The notes under the pieces: generated by a model
Databases searched by the model: none
The model's input: the letters and a program-made list of their open reading frames with translations, nothing else
What the model was told of the DNA's origin: nothing
Part shown: piece after piece, positions 1-11,482 of the stretch
Position numbering within the stretch: position 1 is the first letter of the stretch
Layout: every line of letters begins with the position of its first letter
From: Octopus bimaculoides
Taxonomy: Eukaryota
DNA length: 35,318 nucleotides
Assembly (NCBI RefSeq): GCF_001194135.2
Contig: NC_068999.1
Span: 23,194,483-23,229,800 of the forward strand
Direction: 5' to 3'
Made by a program: the position numbers and the translations under genes

Positions 1-241
1 CAGCCATGCTACATGGCAGTGAAACATGGGCTGTAACTGCTGAGGACATACGTAAGCTCGCAAGGAATGAAGCCAGTATGCTCCATTGGATGTGTAATGT
101 CAATGTGAATACCCGTCAGAGTGTAAGTATCTTGAGAGAAAAGCTGAACATTAGAAGCATCAGTTGTGGCGTGCAAGAGAGACGATTGCGCTGGTATGGA
201 CATGTGGTGAGAATGGAGGAGGATAGCTGCGTGAAAAAGTG
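1..241 (+). mobile_element. RTE-clade LINE fragment (C-terminal part of ORF)
   Basis: Translates to LHGSETWAV...EASMLHWMC...LRWYGHVVRM, typical of the post-RT region of RTE LINEs; DNA is paralogous to 7810-8040. Cut off at 241 by a SINE. Confidence 0.9.
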
Positions 242-452
242 AGGCGGTGAGCTGGCATAATCGTTAGCACACTGAACAAAATGCTTAGAGGTATTTCATG
301 TTTTTACATTGAGTTCAAATTTTGCTGAGGTTGACTTTGCTCTTATCCTTCTGGAATCAATAGAATAAGTGCTAGTTGAACACTGGAGTCAATCTAATTG
401 GCTTACCCCCAGCTCCGAAATTGCTGGCCTTGTGCCAAAATTTGAAACCAAT
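241..452 (+). mobile_element. SINE family B (tRNA-like head)
   Basis: Head GAGCTGGCATAATCGTTAGC (A-box-like) and GAGTTCAAAT (B-box-like), core GAGGTTGACTTTGCTCTTATCCTT; repeated many times in the window. Confidence 0.8.
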
Positions 453-689
453 GTTTCAGGTTGTTGATTTTGACTCTGGTTTTGTGTATCTTTGTTTGAT
501 ATTTCAGAGAATGGTCAAAATTAAATTCCACTCCATCAAAAATACCTGTTTAGGGGTTTCTTTATTCTTTTGTGTATGTGGGGTGACCAGGCTGCCCGAG
601 TTGCATTTGGAAAATGTTAGCATAAGTGCTTATACTAGCAAAGTTATCATGTCTTTACCTTTTCTGCTCCAGCTACTCTTGTTCTGTTG

Positions 690-830
690 TTCATATCTAA
701 GAACTACATTTGCTGCTTGAATTAGTGAAGGAGCCTCTATATGGTTGCTAGACCTGCTAATAATAGCAGCAAGATCTTCCTAATATTACACCCTGTAGTC
801 TTGACAAAAGAAAGACATTAAATGATGATT
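690..830 (-). repeat. Fragment of unclassified interspersed repeat (family D)
   Basis: GCCTCTATATGGTTGCTAGACCTGCTAATAATAGCAGC recurs at ~18595-18635 and ~21540-21595, and as reverse complement at ~12745-12790. Confidence 0.5.
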
Positions 831-1136
831 TAATTCTAGACACACCAGATTAGAAACAAACGAACAAAAAAAAATTAAAAAAAGACAAGATGGTTATGGT
901 TGGAATGCTTATTGATCTGTTTAATTATGCTTAACCTTGGACTAAACAATATACTACCTATACACTATAGGTAGTATATACTGAAAAATATAAAAAAGAT
1001 AAATAAAGGATGAGAAGATTGCAAGTGAAACGTTTTTGATCATACGTCTGCTCAATCAGAGTTGTCCTGGGGTTAAACAACATCTGCTGCTGTTATGGCT
1101 ACATATAGCTAGCTACACTTGTCAAATTAATATCAG

Positions 1137-1235
1137 TGGAAGTGGTGGTGGTCGTGATCAGGAGGCTTTAGTGACTACTAGTGATGAAAAGGCTAAGTTT
1201 GCAAAGTTTAAGATAGATAAGGTTTCAGTGAAATT
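1137..1235 (+). CDS. Candidate internal exon, unknown protein
   Basis: tatcag|TGGA...AAATT|gtaagt; 99 nt, phase 2-2, single open frame GSGGGRDQEALVTTSDEKAKFAKFKIDKVSVK in non-repeat DNA. Weak pyrimidine tract; no homology recognised. Confidence 0.25.
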
Positions 1236-1934
1236 GTAAGTTCCTTTTCATTGAAGTCAGCAACAAAATTTTTGAAAAGCCTCCATTATCTGAAAGATGC
1301 TATCTTGTTGGAAGTTACTTGATAATAAACTGAAATATTTGTTAAATTCAAATGATTCTATTGAAATTAATTATCTCATAAAGCCTTCAGTCAATTTATA
1401 CCCAACTTTCATTTTAATAAGTTGTTCAAGTCAGTATGATATAAAAAGAAAATTTTAAAAAAACATTGATTGACATAAACATATGAATAACTTTGACTTG
1501 AAATAATTATCACTTATGATGCATTACATACTTTTTTTTTTTTTTTAGAGGCAGGCAGGAATCCAATAGTTAAGTTTTAGTTGCAACAAATCAGAGTTAA
1601 CTGAGAGCATCTGAAATGTCAATTGATAACAGATTGTGTTATCAAATTACATTTCTTTCCTGTAAATTACAACTGCTTCTCTTTTGCATGGAAAGAGCTC
1701 ATATGAAATGCAGAAGTGCAGCAAATATTCAGTCATGAAAAGACTCCCTGGGTTAATAAGGTAAAGGGTTAGTGTATTTATATGTGGATACAATAAACTA
1801 GACATTAAAGTGATGTGAAATGTGCAGTAAAATATACCTGTATGGTTAGCTCATTTATTATTTCTAATAAAATGCATTTTCTAATGTTTCAATTAATTTT
1901 GAAAATAATCTAAAATTTTGAAGGGAAAAGCATG

Positions 1935-2105
1935 ACTTTGTAGCTAAGAAGTTTATCCTACAACCACATGGTTTGAATTCATTCACACTGTGTGGCAGTG
2001 TAAGAAGTATCTTTCACTATAGCCTATGGCTAACCAATGCCTTGTGGGTGAAATTGGTGGTGAGAAACAGTACAGAAGTTTGTTATATACATGTGTATTT
2101 ATTTA
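1935..2105 (+). mobile_element. SINE family A, degraded 5' part
   Basis: CAACCACATGGTTTGAATTC...ACCAATGCCTTGTGGGTGAAATTGG matches head and core of the 32460-32862 copy. Confidence 0.7.
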
Positions 2106-2242
2106 TTGTTTGTTCACTTATAGCATAAAACAACATCACTGTTTTAAGTGATGACAGTGTTTATGTATACTGTAAAAATCATATCCAGCCACAGTGCTGA
2201 TCATTATTCAAAAGGCCGAGGGAATAAATCTTTTGTCTAGAG

Positions 2243-2502
2243 TAGTGGTTCTCAACCATTTTTTTTTTTTGCTAATGGACCCCTTTGATTCCTGTTTTAT
2301 TCTACTGGACCTCCATAGCCATTCAATGCATATATAAAAAAAAATACTGTATTATTTTTATAATTAAATTTTGTGAGCAATTGTAAAAAAAAAAAATTTT
2401 GTGTGTTGTAGAAGTTTAAATAATTCATTGCACAGAAATTTTAAAGAACAAAATCTTATAGGGACCCCCAAGGGCCATATGGACCCTGGTTGGGAACCAC
2501 TG
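2243..2502. mobile_element. hAT (Charlie-type) MITE
   Basis: TIRs TAGTGGTTCTCAACC / GGTTGGGAACCACTG; 8-bp TSD GTCTAGAG (2235-2242) / GTCTAGAA (2503-2510), fitting the NTCTAGAN Charlie target consensus. Confidence 0.9.
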
Positions 2503-2514
2503 GTCTAGAACAAA

Positions 2515-2625
2515 TAAGGGTTGGCATCAGAAAGAACACTCTTCTGCCTGGATAAAGTTTTGTCTAATCCATACCAGCAGGGATAAAGCAAACTTTAAAA
2601 TGACATTGATAATGATGATGGTGAT
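2515..2625 (+). mobile_element. RTE-type 3' tail fragment
   Basis: GGGTTGGCATCAG...TCTAATCCATACCAGCAGGGATAAAG...(ATG)n resembles the LINE tail at 8590-8650. Confidence 0.5.
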
Positions 2626-3354
2626 TAGTAAAGCGACTTTTTTCTTTTATTACATTTATGTTTGTAAAATATCAAAAGGTTCATCATTTTTGTCCTTCCT
2701 GTATGGGTTGGATGGGTTGTCACTTGTTACAATCTGCTTCATCATGCACAGACTCATAGAGCTAAAAAACAAATCAATTTTGATGCTGTTTAAATACGTC
2801 TCCCAGTGAGAACTGGATGCATTCTGCTTACATAAAGTTATGATGGGAGGTTTTTAATTTGCATATGATTACTTCAAAATATTAAGTTTTGTATAAGAAT
2901 CAGTCTTGGGTAGGTCACTAGTGAAAAAGTTGATTGAATAAACTAATTTTCCCTGTTTGTCCTTTCTTGTTTCTTGGTTGAATTTCTTTTTGGGAAAAAA
3001 ATTATTTAGTAAACCTGAAAAACAGAGATCATAAAGGAAAAAAATCGTTATTTCTGTGAAGAATATTATTTTGATTTGTTATTGTTTATTGCTATGGAGT
3101 GACTGAAACAATACATTGTCAGACTAACACCAAGCAATATTTAGTTTTTTTTTTCTTCTTCTTTCTTTTCACTGGTTTCAGTCACTGAACTGCTGTCATG
3201 TCAACAATTTCAGTTGAACTCAGTATTTATTCTAGTTTAGTACTTATTTTTTCAATATTTATTTGTCAAACTTCTAAATTATGGATATGAAGAGGCATAG
3301 CATAAATACAACACTGGTGAAGCAGTATAAACATAAACATAAACACCCCGAAAC

Positions 3355-3525
3355 GGACATATATTTAGGATTCCACACAGTTTCTGCCTACCAAATTCCA
3401 TTTATAAAACATTGATCAACCTGAAGCTACAGTGGAATCAATTCAAGTTATCACACAATAAAATCAAGTTTAGAATTACATGGTTGCAGAGTGAACTTCT
3501 TAACCACATAGCTATGTCTGTACCT
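3355..3525 (-). mobile_element. SINE family A, degraded 5' part
   Basis: Reverse complement gives GCTATGTGGTTAAGAAGTTCAC...GGAATTTGGTAGGCAGAAACTG. Confidence 0.65.
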
Positions 3526-4483
3526 CTTTGCATTATGTGTTTGGACCTTTTTAGAATCAGGAGTGATTTTGTTGATTAATACACATCCCTTGCTAATTCA
3601 AGTTCTTGCGCCAACATGAGATATCTGTATGCACTGTCAGCACCAAGCTAATTTTCTTGCAAGTTGATTTTATAAGCTAGAATTTTTCCATAAAAACATT
3701 TTATTTCACTTCGTTGAAGTCATGTATATCCTTTGGAAATGCATTAACATCACAGAATACATTATCTGTTACTTGTAAAAAGTAATTTATATTAAAACAA
3801 AAACAAACAAACAAACAAAAAAAGAATTGTCAGTTTTTATATCTGCTTCGTAACAGTTTATGAAAGTAAATTAAATTTATTGATTTTAAAGGCAGGACTT
3901 CCCAAAGAGCATTTATGGTTTGTTGAAATGATAGTCTGAATGTCAGAAATCTGATAAGTAAAGTCTAACTCAATCGCTAATACAAAATTCTAGAAATATA
4001 CTCATTTTTTTATTTGTTAAAATCAGAAAATCTTATTTTAGAATTTCAGTAGTAACTAGTTAATAGCAGGTTTATATTTTTAAACTCATTATCTTCTTTC
4101 ATCTTCAACAGTTTACATACATTTTGTTGTCATGTAAAATGGAAGTAGATAAGTTCTCGGCAACCAAATCTGTAATCTACTTTCAATTCTGGTTTGAAGT
4201 TTTTTTTTTTTTTTCACTTACCATTTTAATTCAGTTTCCATTTACACCTTCTCTAAATATTTAGGCTTCATGTCTTTCTGAGGAAGTATTGAAAAGATAA
4301 ACAACCTTAGTGTTTCCACCCACTCCTTCTACGGGACACTAAGATAGTAAGCTACATTCAGAATAGACATAATGACAATAGATATACTTAACAAAAGAGT
4401 ACATATCTAGTAGAATAAGAATATGTTTTGTACATGCCACACGTGCTTAGGTTTGGACTCAACTCAAATCTGTTTCATTATCA

Positions 4484-4704
4484 TTAACCCTTTGACATTC
4501 AAACAGCCGTGTCTGGCCCAAATATTCTACTGATTCTATGTTCAAACCAATCAGATCTGGCCTCTTATACTTATCCTACAGTGTCATTATCAAAAATAAA
4601 AGTCACCTTATCAAAATTTTGAAGCTAAAGATAATGCATGATTAATTTAAACACTAGATATTAGTATTACACTTGACATAGTAATCTGAATGCTAAAGAG
4701 TTAA
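4484..4704 (-). mobile_element. piggyBac-type MITE (TTAA-flanked)
   Basis: TTAA-CCCTTTGACATTC ... GAATGCTAAAGAG-TTAA; internal sequence is the reverse complement of the 22465-22644 copy. Confidence 0.8.
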
Positions 4705-5939
4705 CCCTTTAGCATTCAGGTTACAAGTACTATAAAAGTGAATAAACCTGTGGCAGAAATCATAAGTCTTACAACTCCTGATCAGCCATCTCATTTCTTC
4801 CTTACCTGTAATGAGCAATTTTCTTCTTTGATTATTGGGCTAAAATGGAATTAAACCAACCTTTCTTTTATATGTACTGCTGGCCTAATTACTAGGATAT
4901 CAAACTGTTGGCTTAGTATTTCATGGTTAATATATCGTACACTGGGTCCATAGCAAGCAAAATTAATCTCTTATTGGTTCGGTTATGATTAGGGTTAGTT
5001 ATATGTGGGTATTGTAAATAAGTAACACTGTTTGATATATGTTGCAGGAGGTCTGCATAGTCAACAACTGCTGAATCATATAGCTTGAGACATGGAATCT
5101 ATTATGATAATTCACAATATATACATTCCATAAACACATAGCCTTCACTAGTGTTCGAACAATCCAATGCTTTATGGGACTCAATGTTGTGTTACGTAAA
5201 TCTTATTAGAATTTGAAATGTATAACTACATTCTATTAAGAATACACTTTCTATAAGAATGTGTATTCTTAAAAGGTAGCAACAGTTCTATTTTATTTTT
5301 GTGGGTTTGGAAGTTACATCCATTGCGTGCATGTGCATGCATACATATGTGTACATGTATTCTATTATAATTAGCTTTATATGCGTGGCTGAATCAGTAA
5401 ATTGAATGAATAGGATGTCATTTGTGCTTATCGTTTGCTATCAACATCCCACTTCTTCATAATAATTGCTCAAACTAAGGATGGAAACTTGGATTGAATA
5501 TTTCACATTGTTTATTTCCTTACACTGTGAATGATATCTCTTCTAAAGGAAGCCTTATTTAATTAATGAGCTATTTCTGATATTGTTAGCTGGCTTGCCA
5601 TCAAATTAGTTGTAACAGTGTGTGTTTTTTTTCTGTCACAGACAGAGGATATTTCTGGAAAAGAGATGAAGAGAGCTGCTTAATTTGATTTACAATGTAA
5701 GAATCAACAACAACTAAAGGAATAATAATGAGATCTTAATTAGGCATGGAGCTTTTGCTTGGTGTAGGAGTAGAAATAATATATTTTCATGCTTTTCCTA
5801 TATGTGGAATAAGATCAAGTGGTTACAACTGGAAATTGAAACTTAAGAATCCATCCATTTAGAACCTAATACTACATCATTCACTAATTGTTAATAATTT
5901 TGATTGTTTCTGACTAGGTACATGTTCTATAATTTAAGG

Positions 5940-6222
5940 GGAGGGGAATAGTTGATTATACTGACTCCAATACTTGACTGGTATTATTTTCTCCACCCTA
6001 GAGAGATGAATAAGTTGTTCTCATTGAGATTTGAACTCAGAATGTAAAATACCATAACTAAACACTGCACCATCTTAATTTCTTACAGGAGTCTCAGAAA
6101 TTAGTGAGATATGCAGTAGTTGATTATATCAACCCTTGTACTGGACTGGTTGGTACTGTATTTCATTGATCCCTCAGGGATGAAGGTAATGCTGACCATA
6201 GCAGGATTTAAATTTAGAACAT
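5940..6222 (-). mobile_element. Two degraded SINE family B fragments
   Basis: Reverse complements at ~5940-6055 and ~6112-6222 contain TTCTGAGTTCAAAT / TTCTAAATTTAAATCC plus the CATCC...AGTACCA core. Confidence 0.6.
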
Positions 6223-6374
6223 AAAAAAACTACAACAAATACATCCCCCCCCCATCCATATTGAGGAGTCAAGTATATTTATTTTGATACGTGACTGACA
6301 CTTTAACAATTCAGTGAGTATATTTATCTTGATACTTGACTGATATTTTAACAATTCAATTGGTTTTGATAGTG

Positions 6375-8650
6375 CCACAGTGTAGTAGACAAGACCATTA
6401 AAGCAAAGAAATAAACATGGAAGGACTGGAAGAGTGGTGGTAGCAGAGAACTATACCAGATAGCCAGAAGGGAAGCTTGAAGACAGGTATATTTAGCTAG
6501 AGAAGTTTGCCAATGTTCTGTGGTATGAGGACTGGAGGCTTGAGGTGTTCTGGATTACAAGACAGCGTGTCAGAGAGAAATGCAATGTTGTGGGTGAGAA
6601 GTGCATTTGCATAGACGAGGGTTCACTTGCAGATAGTGATTCAGCAAAGAAAGAGGCTTGGAAGTGCCACTATGAAAGGCTGTAAAATATTGAGAATGCA
6701 TGGGAGATGGAGAGTCTGCCTAATGTGGACCCATCAGAGAGACCAGGTATCCGAATTGACAGGAGCTTGTTAGATAAAACAGTTAGGGATATAAAGTCAG
6801 GGAAAGCTCTAAGCCCATCAGGAATCACCACTAAGATGCATAAAATATCTGGTGGAGTGGGATATGGTCTAGTCACCTGTATAGTTAATCAGGTTGTTCA
6901 CAAGGAAGTCATACCCAGTGATGTGTTGCAGCATTATAGTCAACTGTTACAAAGGTAAAGGTGATACCTTAGACAGAAGTATCAAAAATTAACCTATGTA
7001 CTTGGTTTTTGTTGATATGGAAAAGTCTTTGACTTGGTCCCCTCCTTTATCAGGTAGATAATGTGGAAGCTAAGGAGAGATGAGTGGCTGATGAGAGCTA
7101 TACAAGCCATGTACAGGGATGCTATCAGTAAGGTGCAAGTTAGCAACAAGTATAGCAATGAATTTAGTGTTCAGGTAGGAGTTCACCAAGGATCGGTTCT
7201 CAGCTCCCCCCAGTTCATCATAGTTCTCCAGGCCATAACAGAGGAATTTAAGATAGAATGCTCTTGGGAGGTCCTCTTTGCTGATGACCTTGTTCATATA
7301 GCTGAATCACCACCAGAACTAGAGAAAAAGTTTCAGGTGTGGCAGCAAAATGTGGACTCAAAGGGCCTTAAAGTTAATTTTGCAAAGACTAAAGTTCTAG
7401 CAAGTAAGAAAACAAGACAAATCACAAATCCCTTCAGGGAGATGGTCCTACTTGATATGTAGAAAAGGTGTAGTTAGAAACTCCATAAGGTGTTTGCAGT
7501 GCAAGCTATGGACACATAAGAGGTACCGAGGTATCATAGGAAGTTTAACAGAGAAAGTAGTCTTTGTGTGTGGCAGATGTGCTGGTACAATGAAAATTAG
7601 GAATGTACAGAAAATAGACTTCTTCAAATGTCCTGGGAGATACTTAGAAGTAGTAGATAGTTTTCATTAAGTAGGTGACCAAGTCAGCAGTGGAGGAGGA
7701 TTCTCTGAGAGCATAGCTGGGCCAAGTTCAGAGAGCTTCAACTTTTGTTGGTAACAAAGGCCTCTCCCTCAGAGTGAAAAGCAGACAGTATGATGCCTGT
7801 GTATGAACAGCCATGCTACATGGCAGTGAAAATTGGGCTGTGACTGCAAAAGACACATGAAGGCTTAAAAGAAATTAACCTGGCATGCTCCACTGGATGT
7901 GTATTGTCAGTGTGCATGTGTGACAGTATATTTTTAAGAGAAAAATTAGGTATAAGAGGCATCAGATATAATTTGCAAGAGAGAAGACTGTGCTGGTATG
8001 GTCATGTGATGTGTATGGATGAGGACAGCTGTGGAAAGAGTAGACCCAGGTAGACAGGATGAGGTGGTAAAATATGATCTTCAGCTGTTGAGCCTCACAG
8101 AGATGACGACTAGGGACCAAGGCTTCTGATGATTTGCTGTGCTTGAGAAGACAGGAAGCTAAGTGAAATCTTAGTATGTCCTTTTTGGTTATATGTGTCC
8201 TTTTCAGTCATCCCCCCCCCACACATATTACCTGACTTCTGTCAAACTCCCAGCAGGCATTTCACCTGTTGCAGACCCCTTCACAATCTATCCACACACT
8301 CCCTATGCTCTCACTTATTTTCCCTATTCATTTCCCAGCTGCTCCAATTTCCTTCACTATCACTTGCTACAGTCATGACTTCTCCATCCCTAAACATATC
8401 TCCTCACACTCTCATGGAACATCTCACTCTCTGTTCCCTCTGCATTAGTTACACCCCCCTAGTACATCCCTACACCATCTATTTCTCTCTCTCTCTCTTT
8501 GACTACCCCCTAACTCTCTCCTTGTCCTACTAGGGCAGCCAAGTAACTCTGCTATCATAAAACAACTAAGGTATTTTGGGTTACCTGCTCTGGTCAAACT
8601 GTCTAACTCATACCAGTATAGAAAACAGATGTTAAATAATAATGATGATG
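6375..8650 (+). mobile_element. 5'-truncated degenerate RTE-clade LINE (RT, PHD-like insert, thumb, 3' UTR, tail)
   Basis: Frameshifted ORF pieces: KALSPSGIT, FVDMEK.FD.VP (~7005-7040), GVHQGSVLS, FADD (~7277-7288), LKVNFAKTK, CLQC..WTH...CGRC, LHGSE.WA, WYGHVM. Coding homology ends ~8150; CT-rich 3' UTR ends in (AAT/GAT)n at ~8650. Confidence 0.95.
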
Positions 8651-8890
8651 TTTATCAACTCATTATAACACCCACTATTATAATAATGATTTTAATAATA
8701 TAGTACTTTTAGGTAATGTGAAATGAATTGAAAATTGATGAGTTTGCTTGCCAAAAACTTCTCTAGTCCTGATTGCAATCATAAAATAATAATAATAATG
8801 ACAGTGATGATGATGATTATCATAATAATAATAGCAATAATAATACAGAAAATAATGATTGTAATGATAATTATTTTGTTGTTGTTATTA

Positions 8891-9265
8891 AGGTGGTGAG
8901 CTGGCAGAATCGTTAGGTAAAATTCTTAGTAGCATTTCCTCTGTTGTTACATTCTGAGTTCAAATTCTGCCGAGGTCAACATTGTCTTTCATCCTTTCAG
9001 GGGGTCAATAAAATAAGTACCAGTTGATCACATCACTGGGGTCAATGTACTCAACTTATGCACCGCCTTCAAAATTACTGGCCTTGTACCATAATTTGAA
9101 ATGTTATTATTGTTATAATTATTAAGGCAGTGAACTGGCAGAATCATTATCACACCAGACAAGAAGTTTAGTGGCATTTCATCTGTTTTTATGTTCTGAA
9201 TTCAAGTTCTGCTGAGGTCAACTTTGCCTTTCATCCTTTCAGGGTTGATGACATAAGTACCATTT
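8891..9265 (+). mobile_element. Two tandem SINE family B copies (8891-9110, 9126-9265)
   Basis: Each begins AGG(T/C)(G/A)GTGA(G/A)CTGGCAGAATC and carries TTCTGA(G/A)TTCAA and GAGGTCAAC...CCTTTCAGGG. Confidence 0.85.
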
Positions 9266-9271
9266 GAGCCC

Positions 9272-9307
<36 letters not shown>

Positions 9308-9758
9308 GAGTGAGAGAGCAGTGCATGCCATCAAAGTGACACTGGGGTAAAATATACGAAGCCCATTATAACTACCCGTCTGATAAGGGTACACCAGGCA
9401 CATGCATCACAACCATATGTGCGCGACATGGTGATCTCATATCAAGATAAACAGTGCATGACCTCGCAGGTGGAGCCCAGTTAGAATTTTCTTCAGGTCG
9501 AGTAGCCCATCCCGCTCAAAAGGTCCCTGAATAAGGTTTGTTTTAAGGATAATGAACAAAACACCCATGTTTCCAAAGGTGAATTATTCAAACCCCAAAG
9601 AATTCCTTTCAACACATGGCTATGATGCTGCCCCACTACTTCTGCTCATGATCAGAGATGCACATATCGTCAGCCGCCAAGGGACATGCTCAACTGGTTA
9701 CGGTCAAACAACTGACAAGCAAATCTGTGGTATTAAACAGAATATTTGCTGTAGCCCA
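9308..9758 (-). mobile_element. Young unclassified ~450-bp element embedded in (TTA)n microsatellite
   Basis: Balanced GC and many intact CpGs; bounded by (TTA)n at 9273-9307 and (TTA)n/(GTA)n at 9759-9843. On minus it ends CTCTCTCACTCAATAATAAT, like a retroposon tail. No coding motif recognised; strand is inferred. Confidence 0.55.

Positions 9759-9843
<85 letters not shown>
9759..9843. repeat. Compound microsatellite (TTA)n(GTA)n
   Basis: Directly visible. Confidence 0.98.
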
Positions 9844-9844
<1 letters not shown>

Positions 9845-9949
9845 TTTGTTGTTGTTTTTGTAAGGAGTGTAGCAATAGTTAATTGAATTAACCCTATTAT
9901 ATTACTGGTACACAAAGACATGAAGGGTAAAAAACTTGATGGACTGGGA

Positions 9950-10760
9950 AATTAAAATGCAGAGAGTGATTACTGAGGATTGATTGAGAGAAGCAAGTTG
10001 GATTTGCAATGTTATGTTAAGATGTAAAGATGACTGATGATGCAAAGAAGTAATGTTTAGGGATGATGTAGGAATAATGTGTTCTTAGTTGAAATAATCA
10101 GATTGTTGAGCCTTACCAATGAATCAGTGCAGGATTGAGACACAATGGAAAGTGTCAATGTAGAAAATCAGACATATCACAGGTCATGGATAGGATGATG
10201 ATGATGGCTGTGTTTTATCATGAATAGAAATTATGGATGGGAATTGATTTGCTTTAGTTATTATAAGCATCACAATATATTCAATATTATCTGAGCTGTA
10301 AGTGGTTGATCATTGTTGTAGTATTGAGGATATGCTAATGATTTTTAAGTGGAACAATCATGCCAGATTAACTGGGTTTTTTCAAACTGTCTCCATCATC
10401 AATATCTTCAAGGATACAAAAATATCACCTTGGTTAAGCTTTACACTTAAATTATCAATACTTTGAAATAGCTATTTATTTCAAGATCTGTCTAATTTTG
10501 ATATTGCCATAGTTTTAGGGATCAATGTGTACATTATTAATGTAAAACAGTGATGATAACAATAGGAGTATTGGCTCTGTTTGTACTCTTCTTCTTGTAC
10601 GATAGTTTTGTTTAAAGGATGCTTAGCAATAGTGGGCTAAACAATTGATCAACATTTCTAGTTGTAACCAGCCTGTCTTTATTGTGATTGTACATACTCA
10701 CAATATTGATGCTGGAGAGGTTATAGAGAAGGGTTGATGGACTTTGTGGTCATAGTTATT
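9950..10760 (-). mobile_element. Possible highly degraded CR1/L2/Jockey-like LINE relic
   Basis: Only faint traces on minus (GAAGAGTACAAACAGAGCC, resembling ERVQ.RA with a frameshift; upstream IRPG.DY-like). No intact motif. Confidence 0.25.
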
Positions 10761-11059
10761 CACTTTCTCTGTATTTTTCAGGCTTGTTCAGTCCATGTTG
10801 GCAACAAAACAATAATAGATTTTTGCATCATTTAATAACTCTGTTATGTCACATTTGTATGGTTTATGGAAAAACCACTGAATGAATTCTTGGTGCAGGA
10901 ATTTAGATTCCATTCCATGACTCTTAAAAGTGAAATGAGAAAGTTTAGTGCTTACAGTAGAATTTCTATTTCTGAATATTTCTGAGGCATTTGGATCGAT
11001 GTAATCAACTCAACATCTCCTCCAAAATTGCTGGCCTTGTGTCAAAATCCAGTATTTCT

Positions 11060-11482
11060 GAAGCACAGTTGTGGCTGGATGGTTAAGAAGCTTACATTCT
11101 AATCATGTTATCTTGGGTTCAGTCTCACTGCATGACACATTGGGCAACTGTCTTCGACTATAGCCCTAGACCAACCAAAGTCTTGTGAGTGGATTTAGTA
11201 GATGGAAACTGAAAGAAGCCTATCATGTGTGTGTGTGCGTACCCTTGTCTAAACATCATGTAATGTTTGTAAATGAGCATCATCATCATCATACAAATGG
11301 AGGCTGTTCATTTCTAGTCTTCTATGAGAAACATGCCTGGCTATGGGGAAATATTACCTTGCTTGAAAACAAGTAAAGGTTGATGACAGGAAAGGCATCT
11401 GGCTGTAGAAAAATCTGCCTCAACAGATTCCCTCAGACCCATGTAAACATAGAAAAGTGGGTATTAAAATGATGATGATGAA
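11060..11482 (+). mobile_element. SINE family C (family A head/core with RTE-type tail)
   Basis: Head TGGCTGGATGGTTAAGAAGC and GGGTTCAGTCTC, core ACCAAAGTCTTGTGAGTGGATTT, then a distinct tail ending GACCCATGTAAACATAGAAAAGTGGGTATTAAAATGATGATG. Confidence 0.8.

Noticed and set aside
1690-1772. Possible solo right end of another piggyBac-type MITE (...GGTAAAGGGTTAG)
   Set aside because: No matching left terminus or intact TTAA found nearby.
4112-4171. 60-nt plus-strand cassette FTYILLSCKMEVDKFSATKS
   Set aside because: Good acceptor but mediocre donor; indistinguishable from chance.
5642-5695. Plus-strand acceptor/donor pair (ttctgtcacag...gtaaga)
   Set aside because: Stops in all three frames; could only be non-coding and is unsupported.
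8193-8533. Ser/Leu/Pro-rich ORFs
   Set aside because: Low-complexity CT-rich 3' UTR of the RTE LINE.
9552-9921. ORFs with poly-Y/I/S/T/N tracts
   Set aside because: Produced by (TTA)n(GTA)n microsatellites.
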